Positions 18,171 to 30,300 of a stretch of 64,000 bases of DNA are shown piece by piece. The stretch is from a virus. The notes under the pieces are model-generated. The model saw only the letters and a list, made by a program, of their open reading frames with translations, was not told where the DNA came from and did no database searches. A program made the position numbers and the translations under genes. The number at the start of each line of letters is the position of its first letter. Position 1 is the stretch's first letter. The stretch is from positions 18,991 to 82,990 of the IMG/VR virus record IMGVR_UViG_3300029319_008466. One strand, written 5' to 3'.

Positions 18171-21100
18171 ATGTCAATTTGGGGTAACAAACCATCGTCT
18201 GAATCTTTTCCATTTATAGAGATTGATGATTGGCAATATAAAGATGAGTGTCATCCATACACCGATGGAGAAGGTTTTTTATATATTGTTGTGGAAAGTG
18301 AGTATTTGTCACCCGGAAACGATAAAGAAAACCGATTAGCTGAAGCAAGAAGATATGGCGTAGAAAAATTACTTCAATTTTATGGAAAAATGCAAGACGA
18401 GGCGACAGTTGACCAACTTGATTCTGTTGCAGAAACTCCCGATTATCTTGTAAATTATAGACCATGCGGCAACATGATAGTTCTCGTAAGGGTACCAGTT
18501 GAAACTTTTGAAGCTATAGCTGATGATGACACTGAATGTGATGTAGCACAAAGACTGCCAAACCAAGTATCTGCTTTTTTATCCGTTGAAAATTATAGGC
18601 AACAAATTGAATATGTTGTCAACGTAGTTGAATCTTTTATTCCTTTTATTGCGGCATCGGACCAATTTATTACAAATATTAATATAATCAAGGAAATGCG
18701 AAGACTGAGAAGAACCGCTGATGTTATAGAAAGATACTTTAATTTAAACAATATTTCTGCTTCAAACACAACAGAGTGCCCTCCGAACCTTGAAGATGTT
18801 TTAGAAATTGTTTATTCAGTGGAATACGACGTAATGTTTGCACTAATTGAAGGCAAGCAATACACAATTGGATATAACTGTTTTGTTGAAAACCCTTTAT
18901 TAAATCACCTAACAACGGCTCATCTTTTGGCCAACTTAGGAGCAATGGAGGGTGAGCTTATATATGCATATAATGACTCTTTTAACATATTTGATTTTTT
19001 AGAAAAATATCTTTTGCCAACTCCTATAATAATGCCAAAAGAAAAAGCAACAGATGGTCTTGCAAAATATGATGAAAACGGATTACCGCTTTCTCTGGCA
19101 GATATTGCAAAAATAATTACTTTAGATTTAGATGTTAACCTGTGCCCTACTGAAGAAGAGCGACTACAGCGTGAAAGAGTAATCTTGAGTCCCGTAACAA
19201 GAGCAAGCATCGCTCGCGCAGCAACTCAAGCAGAAGAATTTGTTGGAGACAATAAGCTTTCCTCAAAAGGAGTGCAGGATCTTGTCGAACAAATGAGCGC
19301 CATAAAAGGTTCTTTTACTTCAAAACAGGGTGCCGAGGAAGCGCTTGATCAACTTTATAACAACACAATGGCAAAAATAAACATTGGTTGTGTGCTGAAT
19401 GAAACACTTCAGTGTCTTTTGGAAAAATCTATAACGCTCTTGGGTGAAGAACTTTTTGATGACCCGGATCTAGAAAAAATTATTAATATCAGAAAAGGCA
19501 CTTTGGGACAGTTTGTGGATGGTGAGTGCAATCTTAAAAAATGTGATGGAACTCCAATGATAAATGCAGATATTGGGTTTCCTGTATTCCAGGGAATCAC
19601 AATACCTGATAATTTTCCAACGCTTAATTTCCTTGGCTCAACTTTTGAGAATGCTTTAGAGCAGTTGTATCTTGAACTTATCAATGCTTTGTCATCGTTA
19701 GTTTTGGGCGTGTTACAAAATTCTTGCGAATTGTTGTACAAAACTGCAACAGAAGGGATTGATGTTTCCTATGGAATGTTGGAAGATAATCTTCAAGATT
19801 GGATATCTAAATCAATAGGTGTAAACTATGAAGACTTAAACGATCCAGAAGCTTGGAGTGATGCTCTTCAAAAATCAGGCGGTACTGGTTTTTTGGGAAC
19901 TGTGGGAAATTACGTTTCCAGAATGGAGGACTCTTTTGAATCGGTAATTTCAGGTACCGGAATTAGTATGAATTTGCCAATACCCGATCCAAACAATGCA
20001 TGGAATTTTAATACTGAAGAAGTGTTTATTTCTCCGCAAGTGCTATCTCAATTTTTCTCTGATACAAAAGATGCCGCAGAAAATGTTCAATCAATATTAT
20101 CTCCAGCGGAGTCGAGAGATGTATATAAGGGTATTGCGAATGATGAAACTCTCACATTGATGTACAAGTGTGTGAACAAAGCTAATCCTAGTTTTGGTGC
20201 CCTTTTTAAAAACAAACATGAAATGGGTGATTTGTTTTCTGGATTGGGAAAGCTTGTTGATAATGAATTTCTTGATAGCCCGCTTCCCCTTGCCACAACG
20301 GTACCCACGGATCTTTGCAATATTACCAACTCTGATAGTGCCGCCACAATAAGAGAGATACTGCTTAGTGAAAAAGATGATGAATTAACGACAGAAGAGA
20401 TTAATGAAATATTAGATAAAGAAAAAAAACGCACTAAACAGAAATTAATACAAACATTTGAAATTTTGGAATTATATCAAAACGGAAATATTATATCAGG
20501 TTTCCCAAAACTTTACGGCGGAGAAGGCGCTTTAATACCCGAAGCCCCTCCAATTATTAGTAATATAATAAAAAATTCAGTAGATGGGCTATTTGGCAGC
20601 GCAATATCTGATTTTTCAACAAATATTGCCAACTATCAAGATTATTGGTTTGAAGACCCCGAGTTGGGACTTCCAAAAATAAAATTTGTATCAGTCCAAA
20701 CAACCCCCACGACAGTGTATTACAATGAAGATGGAAAGTTATTGGGGTATGATTTCGCGGATGCGTATTTATCTAAAGATGGACCCATATACGAGATCAT
20801 AAAATATGTAAAAGATACTCCGACACAAGAAGGCACCACCGCCTATGTTTATAGCTACCCTGCAAAGTTCAGAGTGAGTCCATTTAGAGCGCTTTATAAA
20901 AACACAATTAATCCATTAACATCTGGGCAAAACTCAGAGCGAATATTGTTAGATGATCAATTGAAAAATATATCATTTTTTAGCAAAGCAGAATTGAATA
21001 AGCGCCCAACGCAAACCAGTGAGTATGAGGAAAACGCAGTTAAATACGATACTACTGATTATGATATTGGAAACAAAACCAATACCTTGGGTCAGACTAG

Positions 21101-23501
21101 TTTCAGAAACCAATATGAGTATAAAAAAGAGTATAATTTTGAAATTAACTATCCTTTTCGTTGGTTGTCGGAATACGGTCTTAATAGAGAGGAAATAGGA
21201 AATGCGGATATTTTCAAACAAATAATAAGGAACTCTTTAAACAAATATTTCACCTACTCACAAGATGCTACGCACATTGATGCAATTGTAGATGCACTTG
21301 GTGTGTCCACTATTAATGAAAACATGTGGCTTGGATCCTCTAATTATGCCAACTTATTACAAAATATATTAAAAAGGTCAATAGAGCACGTCGCGCCTCT
21401 TGGTGAATATCGGGCCCCGTCCTCAAGAGGTACGCCAGAATGGTCCATCCAAAGAGATAATGCGACGGCATGGAATACAAAGCTTGGTGAAATAGACTTA
21501 ACATACAACAGTTCAGATATTTTTGGCTATAATACTCTCAAACAACAATCTGCCGATTTTTTAAACAACATCCTTAATATTGATAAAGCTGTTTTTTGTG
21601 ACCCCCTTACACCTTTGAATAGAACAGGTGTAACATATGCAATAAAGATGCTAATAAGATCTTTTTTCGTTGAGCAGTCATATACAACAGTCCAAGTTTT
21701 TAATGCATTCGATGTATCATCTTATGGCGAATCACAATTATTTATTGACTATTTGTATAGCAAAATGGAAATTTATTTAGACAAAGTTTACGCTAATTTT
21801 GAAACCCTTGATGGTCGGTTGTGGCAAGCTTTATTAGACGAGTGTCAAAATATATATGATATTCGAATAGCACTCGGAGAAGAGTTGCCGACAGTTAACA
21901 GTTCCGAGGGCATTTTTAAATACTTTATTCAAGAAGAACTAATAGAGATTCATGCAAATATAGAAAATGCCATAGATACACTGTATCCAGATTATGAGAC
22001 ATTTAACCATTTTATAATTGATAAATTGTTTCCAAGTTTGGCTGCCAGCACCAACGCTGTTGAACAAAAATACGAGGCTTCGATTCCATCGAAACAGTCA
22101 GGAACTTTTACACAAAATGTAGTGGTAGGAACTCCTGATTTCCGCTCTGGAAAGATGCTTCCACCTGACGCTTCAGATGCTTGGTTTGAGGCATTGGCAA
22201 ATACATCAGATATAATAGAAAAACCAAAGTGGGAGGATGTGAACTTTAGTTTTCCAGCATATTTTGATGAATCTCACAAAGAACAGATGAAGCAAGATTT
22301 TGAAGAAATTATAAATACATATTGGGATGCACTTCGCGAAGCCCGAGAAAGCGCCTCCAATAATACTGCCGACGACATCTACCCTGAAATACCTCAAGAT
22401 TTAAGAGATCTCAACAGGAAAACCTTTGATAAAAACACATTAGAACAGGTCGTTATTGATGATTCCAAAGATATACAAGAAACAAAAATTTCTTCTTATC
22501 AGTTTGAAAACGTAGGCTTTGGCGAGGAATCATACCAATACCCAAACGTTGCCACAGTAACTATTGGAATTAACTTTAATATAGACATTACTGCTGATGT
22601 ACAAGTAGAATATGACGCAACAAGTGAGTATTTAGCAGGACAAGAAGACTCTCCAATCTACAATTCATTCGAGATTTATAATCGAGTCAGCGATGATCCA
22701 GATTCTGTGGAGAAAGAAGGGACAATCGACATTCAAGACAGTGAAGTAGAAATAAACGTTGGCGGGCCTCTTATTGAATCTTATGTAGAGTACAAAAAGA
22801 AGGGTGGAGACACCAACGTGATGGGAGTTAACGCTTTTGTAAGGGAGCAATTATCAAATGAAAAATTAGATGCAAAGTTTAAAGATGTGTATGAATATAT
22901 AATATTTGGTAGAAGAGTGTGTCTTATCTCTGAGCCTTCTTTCTCAGACACAACCGCCAACTCAACCCCATCGCAACGGAAGACTGGAACAGTTAAAGAC
23001 GAAGTTGGCAAATTAACAAACGTTACCTCGGTATCAGAAAAATATAAAGTGTTTGAAATGAAAAAACAAGAAAGAAGAATTAATGGACGACAAACAGCAT
23101 ATGATTATATTTCAATACCCCTTGTCTCTGTTGAGTGCGAATACAGCCCATCTGATCTAACTTCAGATACGACGATTGAACAGGTGTTAAAAACATTCGA
23201 AGACGAATATCACCAAAAAGTAAAAAATGATCTTAAAGCGCGATTGTTCGAAACAGATGAATTTAAGCTCTTGTTCGAACACTTGTTTCCTATGCGAGAT
23301 ATAGTGTCTTTGTTGTCCATATTCGAAGACGCTTATTTATCTGATTCTGATTTAAGACCAAAAACTGCGGCATCGCCGATTCAACAGATTATGGATGATA
23401 CAAAATTATCAATATTACAAGTATTTGTAGCATCTTTATATGGAAATGGGAAAATATCTTACCCTGATCCATTTATTGAAAAAGCCGGTGGCTTCTTATA
23501 A
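18171..23501 (+). CDS. Very large hypothetical virion-associated protein (1776 aa)
   Basis: Long acidic ORF inside the baseplate module; no family recognised. Confidence 0.6.
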   Translation: MSIWGNKPSSESFPFIEIDDWQYKDECHPYTDGEGFLYIVVESEYLSPGNDKENRLAEARRYGVEKLLQFYGKMQDEATVDQLDSVAETPDYLVNYRPCGNMIVLVRVPVETFEAIADDDTECDVAQRLPNQVSAFLSVENYRQQIEYVVNVVESFIPFIAASDQFITNINIIKEMRRLRRTADVIERYFNLNNISASNTTECPPNLEDVLEIVYSVEYDVMFALIEGKQYTIGYNCFVENPLLNHLTTAHLLANLGAMEGELIYAYNDSFNIFDFLEKYLLPTPIIMPKEKATDGLAKYDENGLPLSLADIAKIITLDLDVNLCPTEEERLQRERVILSPVTRASIARAATQAEEFVGDNKLSSKGVQDLVEQMSAIKGSFTSKQGAEEALDQLYNNTMAKINIGCVLNETLQCLLEKSITLLGEELFDDPDLEKIINIRKGTLGQFVDGECNLKKCDGTPMINADIGFPVFQGITIPDNFPTLNFLGSTFENALEQLYLELINALSSLVLGVLQNSCELLYKTATEGIDVSYGMLEDNLQDWISKSIGVNYEDLNDPEAWSDALQKSGGTGFLGTVGNYVSRMEDSFESVISGTGISMNLPIPDPNNAWNFNTEEVFISPQVLSQFFSDTKDAAENVQSILSPAESRDVYKGIANDETLTLMYKCVNKANPSFGALFKNKHEMGDLFSGLGKLVDNEFLDSPLPLATTVPTDLCNITNSDSAATIREILLSEKDDELTTEEINEILDKEKKRTKQKLIQTFEILELYQNGNIISGFPKLYGGEGALIPEAPPIISNIIKNSVDGLFGSAISDFSTNIANYQDYWFEDPELGLPKIKFVSVQTTPTTVYYNEDGKLLGYDFADAYLSKDGPIYEIIKYVKDTPTQEGTTAYVYSYPAKFRVSPFRALYKNTINPLTSGQNSERILLDDQLKNISFFSKAELNKRPTQTSEYEENAVKYDTTDYDIGNKTNTLGQTSFRNQYEYKKEYNFEINYPFRWLSEYGLNREEIGNADIFKQIIRNSLNKYFTYSQDATHIDAIVDALGVSTINENMWLGSSNYANLLQNILKRSIEHVAPLGEYRAPSSRGTPEWSIQRDNATAWNTKLGEIDLTYNSSDIFGYNTLKQQSADFLNNILNIDKAVFCDPLTPLNRTGVTYAIKMLIRSFFVEQSYTTVQVFNAFDVSSYGESQLFIDYLYSKMEIYLDKVYANFETLDGRLWQALLDECQNIYDIRIALGEELPTVNSSEGIFKYFIQEELIEIHANIENAIDTLYPDYETFNHFIIDKLFPSLAASTNAVEQKYEASIPSKQSGTFTQNVVVGTPDFRSGKMLPPDASDAWFEALANTSDIIEKPKWEDVNFSFPAYFDESHKEQMKQDFEEIINTYWDALREARESASNNTADDIYPEIPQDLRDLNRKTFDKNTLEQVVIDDSKDIQETKISSYQFENVGFGEESYQYPNVATVTIGINFNIDITADVQVEYDATSEYLAGQEDSPIYNSFEIYNRVSDDPDSVEKEGTIDIQDSEVEINVGGPLIESYVEYKKKGGDTNVMGVNAFVREQLSNEKLDAKFKDVYEYIIFGRRVCLISEPSFSDTTANSTPSQRKTGTVKDEVGKLTNVTSVSEKYKVFEMKKQERRINGRQTAYDYISIPLVSVECEYSPSDLTSDTTIEQVLKTFEDEYHQKVKNDLKARLFETDEFKLLFEHLFPMRDIVSLLSIFEDAYLSDSDLRPKTAASPIQQIMDDTKLSILQVFVASLYGNGKISYPDPFIEKAGGFL

Positions 23502-23508
23502 GATAAAA

Positions 23509-23515
23509 CTATTTA
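23509..23515 (+). promoter_or_regulatory. Putative late promoter motif CTATTTA
   Basis: Recurrent intergenic motif followed by GAGG SD. Confidence 0.55.
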
Positions 23516-23533
23516 CATAACAGAGGTGCGCTT

Positions 23534-23935
23534 ATGCCTGGAATATCTCCAAAATTACCATTATCTTTAGATCCGGTTGACGGCTATAGATTAAACAAAA
23601 ATCTTAAACAAGTAATACAGCAAAATTTAAAAATGTTAGTTTTAACTGCACCAGGAGAAAGAATTATGATTCCTGAATTTGGTGTCGGGTTAAGAAATTA
23701 TTTATTTAGAAACGCAACCAATCACACATTCATGGAAATCGAAAATCGGATAATGCAACAAGCCAGTTACTATATGCCAGGAATCAATATTAACAAAGTT
23801 GAGTTTCGCACGGAACGTCGCGACGAAGCATCAATGGTGATTGAAGGCACATCCCCCACAAACTACCTACAGATTAGAATAATATATGATGTGCCATCGC
23901 TGTTTATTTCTAATGCTTTGACAATTAATTTATGA
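23534..23935 (+). CDS. Baseplate wedge subunit, gp25/GPW-like
   Basis: QNLKMLVLTAPGERIMIPEFGVGLRNYLF gp25 signature. Confidence 0.85.
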   Translation: MPGISPKLPLSLDPVDGYRLNKNLKQVIQQNLKMLVLTAPGERIMIPEFGVGLRNYLFRNATNHTFMEIENRIMQQASYYMPGININKVEFRTERRDEASMVIEGTSPTNYLQIRIIYDVPSLFISNALTINL

Positions 23936-23967
23936 GTTGTTGATATTTACTATAAGAGGAATTTTTT

Positions 23968-25770
23968 GTGCCAAAAAGAAGAGAAAACATCGATATAAAT
24001 TATCTTAGCAGAGACTTTCAATCAATAAAAGATGATTTGACCGAATATGCTAGAAGATATTATCCTGACACATTCAGAGATTTTAGCGATGCTGGCTTTG
24101 GCGCTCTAATGCTTGATATGGTCTCATATGTTGGCGATGTTATGTCTTTTTACTTAGACTATCAAGCGAATGAAAGTTTTCTTTCAACTGCTGTCGAATA
24201 TGAGAACGTTTTAAAACACGGTCAATCGATGGGGTATAAGCACCAAGGCGCTAATTCTACTTATGGTACCGTAACACTTTACATTACAGTTCCCTCGGCA
24301 GACAACGGAGTTGGGCCCAACGATGCTGCAATACCAATATTGAAAGCAGGAACACAGTTTATGTCTGAAAACAATTCTATTTTTACACTAATGGAAGATG
24401 TGAATTTTGCTGATTCTGTAAATGATATGGTAGTTGCCAACACAAGCACATCTACCGGAATGCCGTCTCAATATGCTATAAGAGCCACCGGACAAGTCGT
24501 GTCTGGAGAAAATAGATTTAAACGATTTACGGTCGGATCTTTTCAAAAATTTAGAGTTTTAAATCTTGGCGGCAATAATGTTACAGAAATCTTATCTGTT
24601 TATGATAGCAACGGAAATAGCTATTATGAGGTAGAACACCTTTCCCAAGATACAATTTATTTGCCAATTACAAACACGGATACAACGACCAACGTGCAAA
24701 CACCAACTATAATCAAACCAGTTGTTGTGCCCAGGAGATTTATTGTTGGTAAAAATCGATTTTCGACAAACTTAATTTTTGGATATGGTTCTGATACAGA
24801 GCTAAATGCATCATCTTTAGTAGATCCCGCTAGTATTGTCATGGACTTGCATGCAAAAAACTATGTTACCGACCGTGCGCTTGATCCTTCAAATCTTGTC
24901 AAAACTGATAAATTTGGCGTAGGTCCATCAAATACTGACATATTAGTTACTTACCGCACAAACACAAACGAAAATTCAAATGCATCATCCAACACAATAA
25001 CAAGAGTTGTCAGCGCGGATATGCAATTTAAAGATCCGGTTATGCTTAATACAGGAATAATGAATTCTGTGCAATATAGTTTAGAGGTTAACAACGAAGA
25101 ACCAATTCAAGGCGATGTATCGCCGCCAAACCTAATTGAACTAAGAGAATTAATCCAAGGATCATTCTCAGCACATAACAGGGCGGTTACGGCAGAAGAT
25201 TATAAGGCATTAATTTATACCATACCATCTCGTTTTGGAACTGTATATAGGTGTTCTGTTGTGCAAGATGTTGATTCAAATTTAAGAAATATTAATATTT
25301 ATACAATTTGTCGCTCAAACAATGGGTACTTAGAAGTCACAAACAATGTTTTGAAAGAAAATATTAAGACATGGTTAAATACTAAAAGAATGATAAATGA
25401 TTCAATTGATATTTTAGACGCAAAAATTGTAAATCTTGGAATAGAATTTGAATTATTATCAGAGCTTTCAGTAAATAAAACAGTTGTTCTAAACAATGCT
25501 ATATCCGCATTGAGTCGGTATCTTTTAGACCCTGGCGAAGTTGGAGAACATTTTGGAATTACGGATATATATTCTATCTTAAATGATGTTCCGGGTGTAG
25601 CAGACGCAACTTATGTGAGTGTTTATCAAAAAAGAGGCACTGGATATTCCAGCGTTAGTATGGATGTTAAGAGTCAAATGACTGCTGATGGTAGATTTAT
25701 AAAAGCTCCTAAAAATGTTATATTTGAGGTTAAATATCCAAGCTCTGATATTCAAGGGACAATCAAATAA
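23968..25770 (+). CDS. Baseplate wedge subunit, gp6/baseplate J-like
   Basis: SRDFQSIKDDL, DMVSYVGDVMSFYLD..ANESFL and RAVTAEDY motifs; GTG start after GAGGA. Confidence 0.85.
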   Translation: MPKRRENIDINYLSRDFQSIKDDLTEYARRYYPDTFRDFSDAGFGALMLDMVSYVGDVMSFYLDYQANESFLSTAVEYENVLKHGQSMGYKHQGANSTYGTVTLYITVPSADNGVGPNDAAIPILKAGTQFMSENNSIFTLMEDVNFADSVNDMVVANTSTSTGMPSQYAIRATGQVVSGENRFKRFTVGSFQKFRVLNLGGNNVTEILSVYDSNGNSYYEVEHLSQDTIYLPITNTDTTTNVQTPTIIKPVVVPRRFIVGKNRFSTNLIFGYGSDTELNASSLVDPASIVMDLHAKNYVTDRALDPSNLVKTDKFGVGPSNTDILVTYRTNTNENSNASSNTITRVVSADMQFKDPVMLNTGIMNSVQYSLEVNNEEPIQGDVSPPNLIELRELIQGSFSAHNRAVTAEDYKALIYTIPSRFGTVYRCSVVQDVDSNLRNINIYTICRSNNGYLEVTNNVLKENIKTWLNTKRMINDSIDILDAKIVNLGIEFELLSELSVNKTVVLNNAISALSRYLLDPGEVGEHFGITDIYSILNDVPGVADATYVSVYQKRGTGYSSVSMDVKSQMTADGRFIKAPKNVIFEVKYPSSDIQGTIK

Positions 25771-27341
25771 TGGGTATTAAAAGATATACGGCGACAGAAG
25801 ATACAACAATTACCAACGCTTATAAGCCAAACTTAACAAGTCGTGCCACAGGTTCAAATATGGGTTTGTCTGATTCGCTAGAGGTGTTTAGGATTTATGG
25901 TCAAGAATCTTCTGGCTCAAGCGAACTGTCAAGGATACTTGTTAAATTTCCTGTCACGGGAAGCAATTCAATTAAATCAGATCGTGCAGCAGGCACTATT
26001 CCAGAAAGTGGTAGTGTCAATTTTTACCTTCGCATGTTCAATGCTGAACACCCCTTTACATTGCCGCGAAATTTTAGTTTAACTGTAGCTGCTATTTCTC
26101 GTTCTTGGAATGAAGGTACTGGAATGGACATGGATGCATATTCCGATTTGGGTGCGACCAACTGGCTATCCGCCTCCAGTGGTTCCGCTGGCGCTGTTTT
26201 ATGGACTTCTCAAGGAGGCGATCTTCATGCCTCTCCAACGTACACAGTAGACTTTGATAAGGGCACTGAAGATATTGAACTGGATATTACCGCATTAGTT
26301 GAGCAGTGGATATCTGGTTCGGCAGCAGGCGGTAGTGGAATGGGGCCAGGACCGGGAACCACAAAAGGAAAACAAAATTATGGTGCAGCTATATATTTAA
26401 CAAACGAAACGGCATATTCTTCTTCATATACAAAAAAGTTTTTTGCCAGAGGATCTGAGTATTTTTTCAAACGCCCAATAATTGAAGCAAGGTGGGATTC
26501 TGCAAGAAAAGATAACAGAGGCAATTTCTTTTACAGTAGCTCTTTGGCTCCAGCGGTTGATAACTTAAACACATTATACTTGTACAACTATGTTCGTGGA
26601 AGATTGGTGGATATTCCTGGTCTTGGTAGCACCAACAAAATATATGTAAGCCTTTTTTCTGGCACAGCCGACAATACAACGACTTCCGGCTCTGCGCTTA
26701 ATTTGTCAGCCGGTGGCGGGGTTGTCACAACTGGTCACATTAATGCCACAGGAAGTAAAATCGCTACAGGAATATATTCGTGCTCACTGGCGTTGACTGC
26801 TGCGAATCCTAATAATGTTGGTCACTACCCTGGTACAAATTTAACAAAAATATTTGACGTGTGGCACACAAAGAGCGACGGTGCATCTATTGGTAGCATT
26901 GTGTATCATACTGGAAGTTTTAAGCCACAAGTGTTAGATTCCTCTGTTCCAAACCCTTATTCAAAATATGTTCTAAATATAACCAATTTAAGAGATGTAT
27001 ATTACACAGACGAAACTGTGCAATTTAGGGTGTATACGCGGCAAAAAGACTGGAACCCTACAATTTGGACTAAGGCAAGTATAGATCCCGAGCTTGAAAT
27101 TATAGAAAGTGGCGCTTATAAAGTTGTTAGAATTATTGATAATTTTGACGCCATTCCGTTTGGAACGGGCAGTGACTTGCAGACCCAAGTTTCATATGAT
27201 GTAAGTGGAAGCTATTTTACGTTAGACATGAACATGTTAGAGACGGGATACGCATATGGAATTAAGTTTGCTTTTTATGATGGTGTAGCAGCAACATGGA
27301 ATGAGTATCCTGACGTATTTAAATTTAGAGTAGAGGATTGA
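25770..27341 (+). CDS. Structural protein (baseplate-associated, beta-rich, S/G/T-rich)
   Basis: TAATG-coupled to gp6; SRSWNEGTG and IELDITALVEQW resemble a DNRLRE/CBM96-type domain. Confidence 0.55.
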   Translation: MGIKRYTATEDTTITNAYKPNLTSRATGSNMGLSDSLEVFRIYGQESSGSSELSRILVKFPVTGSNSIKSDRAAGTIPESGSVNFYLRMFNAEHPFTLPRNFSLTVAAISRSWNEGTGMDMDAYSDLGATNWLSASSGSAGAVLWTSQGGDLHASPTYTVDFDKGTEDIELDITALVEQWISGSAAGGSGMGPGPGTTKGKQNYGAAIYLTNETAYSSSYTKKFFARGSEYFFKRPIIEARWDSARKDNRGNFFYSSSLAPAVDNLNTLYLYNYVRGRLVDIPGLGSTNKIYVSLFSGTADNTTTSGSALNLSAGGGVVTTGHINATGSKIATGIYSCSLALTAANPNNVGHYPGTNLTKIFDVWHTKSDGASIGSIVYHTGSFKPQVLDSSVPNPYSKYVLNITNLRDVYYTDETVQFRVYTRQKDWNPTIWTKASIDPELEIIESGAYKVVRIIDNFDAIPFGTGSDLQTQVSYDVSGSYFTLDMNMLETGYAYGIKFAFYDGVAATWNEYPDVFKFRVED

Positions 27342-27342
27342 T

Positions 27343-30300
27343 ATGGCAATAAAAGATCTTTTTAATCAAAGAAGTTCTAACGTTGTCGTCTCCTCTAGTG
27401 CGTTAATTTTGGGAGAGGATGTAGAGTCATTAGGATATATCTCTGCTTTTGTTGAAGACGAGCAGCGGGTAGAACCACATGTTAATTTTACAAAGCCTGA
27501 AAATTTTGCCAAATATGGTTCCGCAGAACAGTATTATGACCAATCTATTAAATGGATCTATGGAGAATATCCGTATGATGGATCGTTAAAAGAAAAATAT
27601 GAATGGCAAAATAATTCTACATTATTAGATTTATACATTTATGATAATAGGTATCCAAAAACAACAGGATATGCTAACTTTTCAAGCGATGGTTGGGGCA
27701 CACTAACTGCCTCTATGGTTATTGGCTATGGCGCACCAGCGACCACTAACTATGAATATATTAATTTTAAAGGCGGACCTAATTCGGAGTTTGGTTCGTC
27801 ACTGGGTACTTCATCTTTAAAAGATGTTTTTGATTCAAAGTCAAATATTTGGGATAGTACTGTAACTGGGGCAGCCGGACCCATTACGGCAACAAGAGAA
27901 TCAAATCTTAAAACTGATCTCGCCGAGGGCGTCACGGTTGAGTTCTGGCTAAAGACGGGCTCCCTGAGCAATGCACTAACAGAGAAACAAGTTGTTTTTG
28001 ATCTTTGGAATGGACAGGGTTCTTCGAGCGCTGATTATGGTCGTTTAAGAATTGAAATTGACCCTCTTTTAAGTGCATCATCACCTTTCAGGGTTACTGT
28101 ATTATCTGGCGCTGTAGGACTTAGCACCTCGTCTTTGGAAATTGGCTCCAGTCTTGATTTAAATTCTTTTTCCGACTGGAATCATTATGCTTTTAGTTTT
28201 GTCAACAATGGCGACAACATTACAACCAAGCTGTATGTTAATGGAGATTTGGATGAAACCATAACTACCGGCTCCAGTATTGGTGAGGTTAGAAAAGATT
28301 TACAGGCCAATATAGGCGCTCTTTTGACTGGTACGTTTAACATGAGGGCAACCCCTACTGGTCCGAATCTTGGCTGGGGTAAGCTCTCTGGGTCGATGGA
28401 TGAGTTTAGGTTCTGGAAAACAAAAAGAAGCTCAAAAGATATTGGTCGATACTGGTTCACTAGCAACTTAGGAGGAGGCACTAACACTGACAATGCTAAT
28501 TTAGATTTAGGTGTATATTATAAATTTAATGAGGGCATTGTAGACGATAGCGGAATAGACAGTATAGTTTTAGATTATTCAGGAAGAGTTACAAATGGTA
28601 CATGGACTGGCTATCCAAGCTCAAATGCACGAAATACAGGATCCGCTATTGTCTCCGCTAGTGCAGGAGTTGAGGATTTAGATCCAATTATATACCCGAC
28701 ACACGCCGACGTGAGCAGTCTTAGCACAGAATTGCTTGCTTCTGGAACGCTTTGGGATTATGAGAACAACTCATCTTTATATTATTCAATGCCAGCTTGG
28801 ATTATTGAAGAAGATGAGGGAAATGGTGGAAGCACAGGAAATTTAAAAAAATTAACCCAAATAATGGGCACCTATTTAGATAATTTAGATCTTTTAATAG
28901 GAGAGCTTCCTAAGTTAAATGTTGCATCTTATCCAAGCAGCAGTGTGCGCGGAAAACTTAATAAACCATATCCATACATGCAAACCGCAGTCGGGTCACT
29001 TGGAATGCATGCGCCTGAATTATTTTCAAATAGTGATCTTATTGAATATTTTGGAAACAGAAACGAAACGGTAGAATTTGAAGAAGAGATTCATGATGTA
29101 AAGAATTTAATTTATAATAACATCTACAACAACTTGCCCGACATATACAAAGCCAAAGGAACCGACAAGGCTTTTAGAAACTTAATTCGTTGTTTCGGCG
29201 TCGGTGACGACTTAATAAGACTAAACATATACTCAAATAACGATACTTATAAGTTTGAAACCAAAAGAAGGCAAGCATCTTACAAAACAAAAGCTGCAAA
29301 TTTTAACAATGTAGACAGATTTAATAGCACAGTTTATCAATATGCAGATTCCACTAATCCAAATAGTGTTTCTTATATCTCGGGTAGTTCGACAGACAGC
29401 AAAACATATGAAGATTCTTTTCCAATTACATTAGAGACGGAAATAATTTTCCCACAAAAAATACCAGCAACAGAAGACAATGCTGGATCTCAAGAATTTA
29501 GGCATATTACGGCATCTCTTTTTGGAATGCACACAGCAATAGCATCTCAGTCTATGGCTGGAACAGAAACCGACACAACATGGCATACAACTGATAATGC
29601 CAACCTTCAAGTTTATGCAATAAGAAGTGGCACCCTTACTAAAAATGTCAAATTCATGTTGACATCTTCAGCCCCTGCACACATTCCAGAATTGACAAGC
29701 AATTTCTTTTTTAACGTCTATGAAAATCAAAAATGGAATTTTGCTGTCAGATTAAAGCCTCATGGATACCCACAAGCATTTGCTAGCGGAGCACTGGACA
29801 ACAACTATATAGTTGAATTTTATGGTGTAAGTTACATTGGTGATAGAAAAGTTGATGAATTTATCGTAAGCGGAACAGTTGCAAAAGATGCAGCAGAAAC
29901 TTTTCTAACTTCTCCAAAAAGAATATACGCTGGCGCACACCGAACTAACTTTACAGGCGCTGTGTTGCAGCGAACAGATGTAAAAATAACATCTTGTAGA
30001 TATTGGTTTGATTATTTGAATAATGAAGCAATTCAAAATCACGCTATGGATCCAGGCAATTTTGGAAACCCAAATCCATCAAGAGATGCTTTTTTTCTGG
30101 AAACAGATTTATCCAACGTCGAGGTGCCAGAAATTGAATCTCTGGCACTGTCTTGGAATTTCGAATCACTAACCGGATCTAATGCATCTGGTCAATTCAC
30201 TGTTCAGGATGTTTCGTCTGGGTCTGTGGCCGAAGTGGGTAGATACAATTGGTTAGGAAAAATTCTTAAGTATCAACACACTGGTCGAGGCGATTTATTT